A DNA stretch of 26,076 bases from Octopus sinensis (Eukaryota), in contig NW_021835603.1 of the NCBI RefSeq assembly GCF_006345805.1, forward strand, positions 1-26,076. The letters are read 5' to 3'. Positions 11,401 to 20,499 of the stretch are shown here, in pieces. How positions within the stretch are numbered: position 1 is the first letter of the stretch; each line of letters opens with the position of its first letter. The translations under genes were made by a program, and so were the position numbers. The notes below the pieces were generated by a model. It saw only the letters and a program-made list of their open reading frames with translations, did not search any database and was not told the DNA's origin.

Positions 11401-12166
11401 TGAAAGTTGATCGGAAGTTTTCCGCACCTTCTTTATCAGCTGATCGTGATTCGCCATGTAATATTCTGAATTTATTTCGAATTGTTTCTTAAATCTGTAA
11501 AGCCATCCATTAGAAGCAGTGAAATCATGATTTGAATTCTATACGCAATTTTATGTGCAATAAGCTTAAGGTTGGCCCATTAATTGGGAAACCTTTCGAC
11601 CTGAGATTACGAAAAATCTCGTAAACTTGGGCATTCAATTCGTATCCAATTGTCCTTCGGATGTTGAGAAACCTTGAGCTAAGATTCCTTCCCTTTTCTT
11701 TTTTAGTCGGTATAGCATTCCTTTAGAGATGTTAAATCCTTCACAAATCATTTTTCCTTATGACCCGACTGTATATCCTTGCAAATTCTGATCTTTTCAC
11801 TTTGATTTTAGTTTTCTAGGCATTGGCTTTCTAAAATTATAAAATAACTTTAAAAATTGATAATTTCAATTTTTTACCAGGTTAATTAGCTAACTAACTA
11901 AGTTACCAGGTTAAATAAATTTTAAAATTATTGATTACAAATTTGGAAAAACAGGTTACAATAAATAAATAATAATAAATCAAAAATTATACAAATATAT
12001 TAATGAATCGTTTATGATAATATAAAATTTTTCGCCGGTAGAGGGTTTATTTCATTGAAAATCATCGTATTTTATAGGGATGGCAAAAATATTTCCCCAA
12101 AAAGCAAGGTTTTCCCCAAAAAAGAGGGTTCCCCGCTAAGTGTTTTCCCCATTCGAGGTCGCACTG
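8409..12166 (-). mobile_element. pogo/Tigger-like element 3 (host of element 2)
   Basis: Imperfect TIRs cagtgcgac(a)c(t/-)tgaa(a)tggggaaaa at 8409 and inverted ending at 12166, with TA on both sides. Minus-strand transposase from ATG 11823 (MPRK) with FTASNGWL, WMTKNIFENWL, LLIDNATCH and NTSSLIQPCDQGII. Confidence 0.88.
8607..10501 (+). mobile_element. pogo/Tigger-like element 2, near full length, frameshifted transposase
   Basis: TIRs cagtataac(c)tccatttggggca, TA on both sides, and ggggaacctctattttt subterminal repeats. Transposase spans 8849-10270 with FKGSNGWL, SWMTSEIF, LLLDNAA, IQPLDMGIIKSFK and a C-terminal KITDYF. Confidence 0.93.
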
Positions 12167-12429
12167 TAGTTAAAGAAAGTAAATTTGAATTTGGATGTAA
12201 AAAATTAAGTCATAAAATGGATATTTGTGAAAATAGAGTTATATATTTTAACTAAATTTACGAGTATTATAATGTTTTGGTACAGACTGTACTTTCGGAC
12301 CTGGAAAAAAATTCAAAAAAATATTTGAATTCTATTTCAAAATCTATTTTGTCAAGATAAATGTTATAAAATGACAAATAAAAGAACAGAAATTTTTATT
12401 GTAAAGAACAAGAGACTGGTACCGAAATA

Positions 12430-12600
12430 TTTTTGACGTCTATACAACAAGATGGTTGCTCGAGAAAGTCGAACTGATTTAGCCTCCAGAGCACACGAGG
12501 TTAGATGTGAAGCAGAGAATGTATCCCAGCAGGCTGCATCCCATACGAGGACTTTTCCGCTCTCAAATGGGAAAAGGGTCATCCCGTCAACTTCAAAAAT
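12430..12600 (-). mobile_element. CRE-clade non-LTR retrotransposon restriction-like endonuclease fragment
   Basis: DGMTLFPFESGKVLVWDAACWDTFSASHL matches the PDG...LVWDxTC signature also seen at 17580-18055. Confidence 0.8.
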
Positions 12601-12680
12601 TTCGAATGATACTTTTTGGATCACTCAACAAAATTTCGGCAATGATTCTTTTTGGATTACTCAACAATTTTGAATGAACT
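12596..12680. repeat. Short tandem repeat, ~35-bp unit, ~2.3 copies
   Basis: aaaatttcgaatgatactttttggatcactcaac / aaaatttcggcaatgattctttttggattactcaac / aattttgaatga. Confidence 0.75.
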
Positions 12681-12717
12681 TTTTATTATATAAATTTTTT
12701 CCCTTCAGAACTCCGTG

Positions 12718-15531
12718 AGCCAGTTCCTCAAAGGGCCCCAGGATACTTTGACCTCCGGTCCGGTTCCTGGGCCAACCTGGAGAGGTTCATGGCCAGCAGG
12801 TTGCCCTCACTCCTGGGGGGGAATACCTGCGCCACAATACGAGAGTGGAGGCGTTAGATAATGGAATCAATGCTGCCCTGTCTGATTATATGCGAGATAA
12901 TTTCAAACAGAACCCAGTACAGGGCAGGCACATTCCACGCTCCCGTACCGGGTGCTAAATAAAATTAGATTCAAGCGCCGGCTGTCCAGACTGCGGGACA
13001 AATGCGTCTACCAGGAGAACCGTGTCTGGTTTCGCGGCTGGATCAGCCGGCTTCAGTGGGGGATCCGGAGGGAAAATCCGTGAACACGAAAGTTCACGGT
13101 GGGAGCGGGCCTGCCAAAGAGTGGACCCGCGCTTCCGGACTTCTGGAAACAACTGAAGAGCCTGTCGGGGAGAGGGGAGGCAAAGTCAGTGCGCCTTAAG
13201 CGCTCTGATGGAACCCTCGCCTCGGACCCGGTTGAGGTGGCTGATATATTTTAACCCACCTCAACAACATCTCGGGAACTGACGGAAGTCAATTCGTAGA
13301 GACGTCGTCTTTGTTACTATCCAGGAGGTATTGTCTTGGGACAAGCGCTGCCAGCTGGACATATCAAGGGTCGATGCAGGCGAAGTTTCCGAAAGGGAGA
13401 TCCTGGCAGCGATCTCCCGAAGTAAGAACACCGCGGCGGGGCTAGATCGGATCCCTATGTCCATCTTCAAAAAGGCCCCGCCGTTGTTGATCACGGCCTT
13501 ACAGGTTTTGTTTAGCGGGAGCTTGCGACTTGGATGATTCCTTCCAGGTGGGAAGTGGCTGAGGTAATCCTCATTGGAAACCTGGAAGCCTCATGATGTC
13601 CCCGGGGGATACAGGCCCATTTCCTTGCTTCCCGCTATATCTAAAATCCTAGAAAGGATCATGCACCGAAGGCTACTGGAGGAGCTGACGGTGGTTGACG
13701 CCCTCCCGGAGTTCAATGGGGCTTCAGGGAGGGTCGTTCATGTGGAGACTGCTTGTGGAAGGTGTCTTCCGAAATGAAGAACGCCCTCCAGAAAAGGGAG
13801 TGTGGTATGTTAGTTAGTCTTGACATAGAAAAGGCCTTCGACTCGGTGTGGCACGACGGCCTGCGGAGTTCCCTCGCCACGTGTGGGGTTTCTCCGTGTC
13901 TAAGGCGCTGGCTGTCGGGGTTCCTCGAATCTCGCGGTCAGGTCTTGCGACACCAGGGGGTCTTTTCTAAAGTCGAACAGTCCTCGCGGGGTCCCTCAGG
14001 GTTCTGTGCTGAGTCCCACACTGTTTAATATCTTTATGGCCTCTGCACCTATGCCAGTCAATGCTCGTACTGGAATGGTGATCTATGCAGACGACATTAT
14101 CCTCTGGGATCAGTCGATGAAACCAGAGTGTGCGTGTCGTAGGCTAAGGTTGCTGTGGATGAACTTGTAAACTGGTGTGGGAGTAGGGGTCTAAAGATGT
14201 GTGCGACAAGTGCAGTGTCCTTAAAGTCTGTAAAAGGACGAGGGGTTACACTAATTTTATCCCTAGGTTATCGCTGGACGGGTCAGCGATCGCTGTAGTT
14301 GATCGGACAACTTACTCTTGCAAATTTTGTGGATAATGGCACCTAAAGTTGCACACAAAGGGACAAAAAAGAGAGCTCCCATTAAAACAAAAAAATTTCC
14401 ATCGCTACAAAGAGACAACTGTCTGCACTAAGAAGGCTATGTCGAAGTGGAGGCGTTCCCGCTTCGCACTCCCCGGAGGACAAGACGGTTCAGTGTGCCA
14501 CTACGATGAACTGCGGAGCCGTGGTTACCGCCACGTGCTTCGGCTATTCTAGGGGTGTTTTTACTTCTTTAGGTCAAAGCAGGAGGTCGAAGCCTCGAAA
14601 TAATAAAATATGGCTAGAACAAAACAAACGGCTCGAAAATCTACTGGTGCAAAAGTACCAAGGAAACAGTTGTCTGCAAAATCTGCTCGCAAGCTGTCTG
14701 CACTAAGAAGACTATGCAGAAGTGGAGGTGTTCCCGCCTCGCTCTCCCAGAAGGACAAGACGGTTCAGTGTGCCACTACGATGAATTGCCGAGCCGTGGT
14801 TCACCCGCCACGCGCTTCGGCCTATTCTAGTGGTGTCTTTAATTTTCTAGGCGAAAGCAGGAAGGAGAAGTCGAAGCCTGGACCCTCCAGGTGGGTTCAG
14901 CACTCACTGGAGACACTTCTTCCTCTGCTCCCCCTATGGCTGGTGTCGGGGGAGCTGCAGGTGCAACTGGTTCTGATCGTTTGGTATCCAACCACCGCAC
15001 AGCATGCTGGTTCGCCACGTGTTTGCGGTTTTGTCTAGTGGTACCAAACCCAGCCTAGGTAAGTCAATTAATGCCAACAGGGTGTCGTCTCCTGAGGCCG
15101 TCCCGGTGGGTACGGCAGGAAATAAGGTTGCCCTTGAGGACGGTTGGTACACGGTGGGAAACCAAACGTGCGGCTGGCCGTCAACCCCCCTAATGTTTTT
15201 AGGTACTGGGGTGTGTGTCCGATCAGGCGGATGCACACCAAAGCGACCACTGGCGCCGGGGGGCCAGAATTACCTTCGGGTGCTGTGGCACGACTTGAGG
15301 TCCTCCCAAGTGGGAAGGCCTCGGTCGTAAAGATCCTAGGTACCTTGGACTCTATCCAGCCTTCAAAGCTGTATAGAGTCCTGAAGAGGGAGCCCACCCA
15401 ATTCCTGCTTGGTTGGAGAAGGAGGATGACTTCTCCAACTTCAAAGGGGAGTTGGAGAGAGAAGTCAAATCCGTTCGGTCCTGGCATGCATTCGCCTAGT
15501 CAGGATCGAACGTAAGGTAAGAAAGGTAAGG
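12718..15531 (+). mobile_element. 5'-truncated, degenerate jockey/I-like LINE (ORF2 linker, RT and C-terminus), internally chimeric
   Basis: Linker LPYRVLNKIRFKRRL...FWKQLKSL; RT motifs AAGLDRIP, YRPISLLPAISKILER, LDIEKAFDSVWH, PQGSVLSP and YADD (14084-14095); post-RT LSALRRL; a short gtaag-like tail at 15512-15531. Many frameshifts. Confidence 0.9.
14610..14693 (+). pseudogene. H3: Histone H3 N-terminal tail fragment (Met to K27) embedded in the LINE
   Basis: MARTKQTARKSTGAKVPRKQLSAKSARK, then an in-frame switch into LINE sequence. No histone fold follows. Confidence 0.93.
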
Positions 15532-15539
15532 TCCTCCTC

Positions 15540-16348
15540 CTCGGGGTTTCCTCGGGACTTCGAGGATAATGACCTCCTAGATCACCTGCAGCAGGAGTAC
15601 CAGTGTATTCCGTCCTCCAATCGACTTGTCCAGGAGGGCACTCCACCCAAAATCGGCTAAAAATTGATAGAAATAAAAAATATACCCAGTTTGATCTCAC
15701 ATCGGTGGTTATTAGAATATTCTGGCCTTTTAATCTCTGTGGATGATGTTGTTTTGGTGGAGATGTGCCAATCCCTTACAAATAAGTGGCACCACGTCAA
15801 ACGGATAATATTCCCGCGTAGCAAACGCTATCAATTTTCGGGCATCATATTTGTTTTTGTTGCTAATTATTAATTTTAAAATAAATAAAATACCTTTATT
15901 ATTGTCTCGAGTGTGCCCATACTGCAAAACTCCATACAATCCACAATTCCTCCGTTTTCCCGCGAAATGGCACATTAATGAACGAACTAAAGTAGTTGGC
16001 TATATTCGGATGGCGGGAAAACTTATTTTAAATAAAAAACCAACTTTTCTTAAAAATTCGACCTCAAGTCTGAAGCCTTCAATGTCCTCCTATGGAATTA
16101 GGTCACATTCCGAGCCCGAATTCCAAGGGCAGTACCTTTTCTAGAAAGACGATTTTGACTGCAGTGAGTTGGCCTGACTTGGTGTGAATTGCCTGCAAAT
16201 TGGCGGGCTAATTATACTTTCCAGACTGTTCCATGTTCCCTACCAATGATTTCAAGCATTTAAAATCTGAGGGAGATCCCTAGGGGGTCGGGGGTAAAAA
16301 ATGGACTTTCTGAGTACTGAGATCAAGTTGGGTATCCGGACTAATCAT
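15540..16348 (-). pseudogene. STE20/GCK-IV (MAP4K4/MINK1/TNIK-like) kinase, 5' part only (subdomains I-VIII), 7 short introns
   Basis: Spliced model: MISPDTQLDLSTQK^...TVWK^AIHTKSGQLTAVKIV...^FSRHPNIANYF...LWIVMEFC...^...^GLAHLHQNNIIHRD(L/I)KGQNILI...IKL^ADFG. GT-AG introns of 27, 25, 46, 23, 31, 28 and 29 nt. Several 1-bp corrections are needed. The sequence stops at the LINE 3' end. Confidence 0.85.
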
Positions 16349-16637
16349 CACCACCAGGAACTTGGTTAAATATTATGATTAAAATAATAGTATTAATTTT
16401 ATTTGAATTTAAATAAATATTTTATCTAAAATCAATTTAAGCAAAAAACTGTCTTATTAAAACTGCCACCTAACAAGACATTTTCAATGACTAGATTCAG
16501 CACGATCTTGGTTTGGAAATTTTTTGAAAAGAAAATTTTTATTATTTGATAAAATGCAGTTTTTTTATTAATTAATTAACCAAATATTTATCTAAATAAA
16601 ATAAAACTATTGAATTTGGTTGTAAATTCTTGTTGAT
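16349..16637. promoter_or_regulatory. Putative bidirectional promoter region between the kinase and ADO starts
   Basis: 289-bp, very AT-rich gap between two divergently oriented ATGs. Inferred from gene arrangement only. Confidence 0.4.
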
Positions 16638-17236
16638 ATGAGTCTTTTACAGCTGATTGGAAAAGCAGCTTATAAATGCATTTTATCATCAAACAAAAAA
16701 TCAGATTTTCAAGAACTAAAAAACCTATTTTCCCGTGTTCAAAAGTCCGATCTGAATTTCACGACCTGCAGTGATTACGACCTGGACAAATATCGACAAA
16801 TCTTCCTCCAAATATTCGAGGATACTAAATAATGGCCTTCATAGTCATATCCTGGCAGAAAATGCCCGATCCCACTCCACGACCACCACCAAATGAACGG
16901 ATTTGTCAAGATCATTGAAGGATGTGCCAAGGTCGAGACCTTCCCCCCGTCAAGGAGGGAAGGTCACCCTCTGAGATCATCTGCAGGCGGGAATTGGAGG
17001 GGAGAGATCACATCTGAGACCAAAAGTTGTCTCACTTTGTCTCCAAATTTTGGGAACATTCATCAATTGTCGGCCATTAATGGTCCTTGTGCGTTTTTTG
17101 ACATACTTTCCCGCCATACGAGAGTGACTGTAAGTACTATGAGTGTGGGGGTCAACATGGCACTGGTCTGCAGCGACTGATCGTGCGAGATGGGCGCCTG
17201 CGGATTCCAGCCAATTGCGCTATTTTAACCGCCTAA
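16638..17236 (+). pseudogene. ADO: Cysteamine (2-aminoethanethiol) dioxygenase-like gene, frameshifted
   Basis: N-terminus MSLLQLIGKAA, cupin motif IPLHDHxQMNGFVKIIEG, then CLTLSPNFGNIHQLSAINGPCAFFDILS(P)PYESDCKYY after 1-bp corrections. No introns are evident. Confidence 0.82.
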
Positions 17237-17579
17237 TTTTTTTAATTTTAAATTATTTTAACACTTTTGTGTGGTTTTTGAATTAGAGAAATCTAGTTAT
17301 TCTAGACAGATACGTGGGGTTATTGTCTTTATTCTCGGTTTCTTAGCATTGGGTTTACTAAGTGAAGATGGAGGAAAGGCCATGCGATTCATGCCTTGGA
17401 GCTGTGTGATTCTTTTTTTTCATTTTTGAATATTAATAAATCTTTAAAAAAATATCTTTTTCTCAAATAAGATTAGAAAATTGTGTAATTGTACGTATAA
17501 AAACAGTTTAGGTTTTTATTGTTATTTATTTAATTTTATTAGTTTTTAGGTTAATAAGTTACATCTTTCCGGTTCAAAA

Positions 17580-18055
17580 ACAAATTGTCAAGCGAGCCCT
17601 GGAGTAAGCAGGATACCCAGCTGTACTTGAACCGGTCTGGTTTGACCCAGGAGATGGAAAACGTCCTGATGGGATCACAATTTTCCCATTGAAAGAGGGG
17701 AAACCCCTAGTCTGGGACGCAACATGTGTCGACAACAACTCTCTGCCCGTCCAACATTGTCGGGAGCGCAGTGGATAGACTGTATGCCGCGGAAAAAACG
17801 ACGAGGGCAAAGGAGAGAAAATATGAAGCGCTACGAGACCGATTTGTGTTCTGTTCGATTATGGTGGAGACAACTGGAGGAATAAGTAGGAAATCGCTTT
17901 GCTTCCTAAAGAAGCTTGGACGCTTAGCCACATTAAAAAGCCACCACACACGTGAGACCCGGTGGCTTCTCCAGTTGATCTCCGTTGCTATCGTGAGAGG
18001 CAACGCAACGTCAATAATGTTGACGGAGTCCACTTCGGATGGATGGGTTTGTTAA
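17580..18055 (+). mobile_element. CRE-clade non-LTR retrotransposon 3' end (restriction-like endonuclease)
   Basis: [16 protein letters not shown]...[10 protein letters not shown]...LVWDATCVD...KERKYEAL...MVETTGG...QLISVAIVRGNATSI, followed by A-rich sequence. Confidence 0.88.
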
Positions 18056-18512
18056 CTTCTAGTAAATTACAGTAACTTAAATAACACTTTTTCTAAAATT
18101 TAAATGTTCTAAAAAAATAAAAAATAAAATATTCGCACATTATTATTTATATTTTGTTTTGTTGTTGCCTATTTTTTTTTGTTTAATTTATTTCTTGTAT
18201 TAATGGTTAATTTTGTATTAAAATTGATTAAATATATTGTTGACTTACAGAATTTCTTATAATATTTGATATTTTGTAATTGTATTGGTCTTATTTTTGC
18301 AATAATTTAATCTTTTTTACATTTTAACTATTCAATACATTTTTTGACTTTTTTACAAAACCCTATTTCTTGACGATTTCTATATCTATTTAAATTTTAC
18401 TGTATGAAAATTCAATAATCTAGATTTATTTAAACATCCACTGTTTTAAAAGCAGAGGCTGTTCAAACATAAAAAAATCACTTTGAATCGGGATCATTTT
18501 AATCCAAACAGT

Positions 18513-18815
18513 TTAGTCAGAATAACAAGACTTTTCCATTTCACATAAATAAGTGGTTGGAAAGTGAACTATCACTTCCAGTGCATTTTTACTTAAGATT
18601 GGATATTCATTAATAACAGAAATACAGAATTTCATAATCGAATGCAAATTAAATGTCAATTTGCGAAACTTCGAATTTCGTAATTCGATCAACTGTTCTT
18701 GAAAATCAATTTCTTGGCCGTCATAAATTAATTTATTGATTTCCTGAATAAAATGGTGTATTATGTGACATGGGCCAAATGATTCGTATGAGATGCGCCT
18801 CACACTGACCTTCAA
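18513..18815 (-). mobile_element. hAT (Buster/Charlie-type) transposase C-terminal fragment
   Basis: EQLIELRNS...KFCISVINEYPILSKNALEVIVHFPTTYLCE is the hAT dimerisation-domain signature. Confidence 0.82.
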
Positions 18816-19059
18816 TTAATGTTAATCTATCAATTTATCGATAATCTTCAAACAATCTTAAAAAAAATCTTATTATTGATTTACCAACTACAAAAATAAT
18901 TAATTTTTTTAACAATTAAATATCTATACAAACAAGACAAAAATTACAGATAGCTAAGTTAGTTAAAGGCCTCACGAGACACCCGACCAGCCGCGCGAAT
19001 GGCGAAGACGTTCCCTCGGATTAATTTTTTAATCCTGTCCATCCCGACTATAGACTTTT

Positions 19060-19850
19060 CCGATTTATTTAAGATTTTTGACATCCTCATCGTTTTTCCA
19101 TTTTCTTTTTTTGTTCATTTTTATACCGCAAGAGACAATGTTTTTGAAAGCTTTCTTTCTCTTTTTCTCAAGTTCGTCATCACTGTCATTTTCCAAATCC
19201 TCTTTTTCTGTATTCCCCATAAGCTCTTTTCGATGTGTTTCACTAACCACTAACTGAATTGCAATTCTTGATTCCCATAAACAGAAAGAAAGGTATCTGC
19301 CTTGTCGTCGAGTGAATAGTGTAATTATAATCCTCGACAATATCTTTGATAATATTGACATAACGTCCAAAACAATTTTTTGATTCACTGGTGGAGGAAA
19401 TCCGACCTTTTACACTCTTATTAAATCTAAAACTAATTAATGCAGAAAACACCTTTTTATTCTTCCCTGTACCCAAGGGGACCGTGGTCTTCCAAATACG
19501 TGCGAAATTTTATACTTCTCGCATAGTTCTTCCATCTTGGAATTCTTAAATTCTTTTCCGTTATCAGTATGCAGGATGATAGGTGGTCCAACAAAATAAA
19601 TAATCCGTTGTAAGCTAGAAGCAACCTCATTGGCAGATTTCGTTTTTATAACCTCAACCATGGCATATTTTGAAAAAGAATCTATCACGTGTAATACCTA
19701 TCTACTTATTAATATTATAAATACCTATTTATATGAGTCGTTCAACGATGAATAACGTCGTAAATCGACTAAGTCTGCAATATATCGGTCACGTGATCTG
19801 CTCGCAATGATGGGTTTGATCTCTGGTTTGCTGAAAGATGTCGGGTCTTC
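19060..19850 (-). mobile_element. Ginger/KRBA2-SCAND3-type DDE integrase remnant with two short introns
   Basis: PIIASRSRDRYIADLVDL...NDSYK*^VLHVIDSFSKY...ILHTDNGKEF...GRPRSPWVQGRIK^RFNKSVK...YNYTIHSTTRQIPF. GT-AG introns at 19698-19724 (27 nt) and 19427-19452 (26 nt). Confidence 0.82.
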
Positions 19851-20390
19851 TCTTGGTATCCAGGCTTCAGTATCGGTCTTATTAGGGCCTGTTTTCATAT
19901 TGACGGAATCACATTGTTGTTGATTGAATAGTTGAAGATAGATGTTAGGAACCTGACTTTTTCGACACCAAAGTTTTCTAATAGAATGACCGAGATTTTA
20001 TCAGGGTCGTGAGAATACGATGATTTTGTGAAGTGCAACGTATCTTCCGTCTCCTTTACCGAGAGGAAGAGAGGTTCCGCCCGTTTTTTCAGGCTTCTGT
20101 TAGAGGGGAGTGAATCGGATTTACTGTGCTCCTTGTGTGCATTTTTCGCATATAATTTGATGAGGTTGTTCACGTCTTTTGGTCGTAATCTTCGGAAGAT
20201 TCGGCAGCGTCCTCCCTGGCCACGTGCCGAATGGCTTTCCACACTTTTCCCGTTGAACGATTACGGTTCACGGTAGTAAGAATGCAATTCCATTTCAGAT
20301 AGTTGTGCTTGTGTTCACTGGTTTTCAATTCCTTGTTCAAATATCTGATGCTGGTAATTATGTCCAAAGACATTCGGTTTGACTTCTTGA
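19850..20390 (-). mobile_element. jockey-like LINE ORF2 fragment (linker and RT N-terminus)
   Basis: RYLNKELK...KVWKAIRHV; DPDKISVILLENF...FLTSIFNYSINNNVIPSI*KQALIRPILKPG. Confidence 0.78.
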
Positions 20391-20499
20391 GGACATGGCC
20401 CGTCGGTTCCAGAATTGAAGGGAAACCAGTTCTTTCCAGAGCTTTGTAAATTAGATTGTTAATTTCAGTGTGCCGAGGAAATTGGCTGCCGGAGCTCAT
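20390..20499 (-). mobile_element. Third CRE-clade endonuclease-region fragment
   Basis: FPRHTEINNLIYKALERTGFPSILEPTG corresponds to the segment that precedes PDG in the 17580 copy ([16 protein letters not shown]). Confidence 0.72.

Larger units (their letters stand above)
2908..12289 (-). mobile_element. Tc1-like transposon shell (~0.85 kb of its own sequence) expanded to 9.4 kb by nested insertions
   Basis: Perfect 25-bp TIRs cagtctgtaccaaaacattataata (2908-2932; inverted at 12265-12289), with TA flanking both ends (2906-2907, 12290-12291). A Tc1 transposase remnant lies inside. Confidence 0.92.

Noticed and set aside
14610-15038. Functional histone H3 gene or histone cluster
   Set aside because: Similarity stops at K27, and no histone fold or other complete histone gene is present in the window.
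17310-17435. Hydrophobic frame IRGVIVFILGFLALGLL...
   Set aside because: It is short, has no start codon or recognisable family, and could be chance in T-rich DNA.
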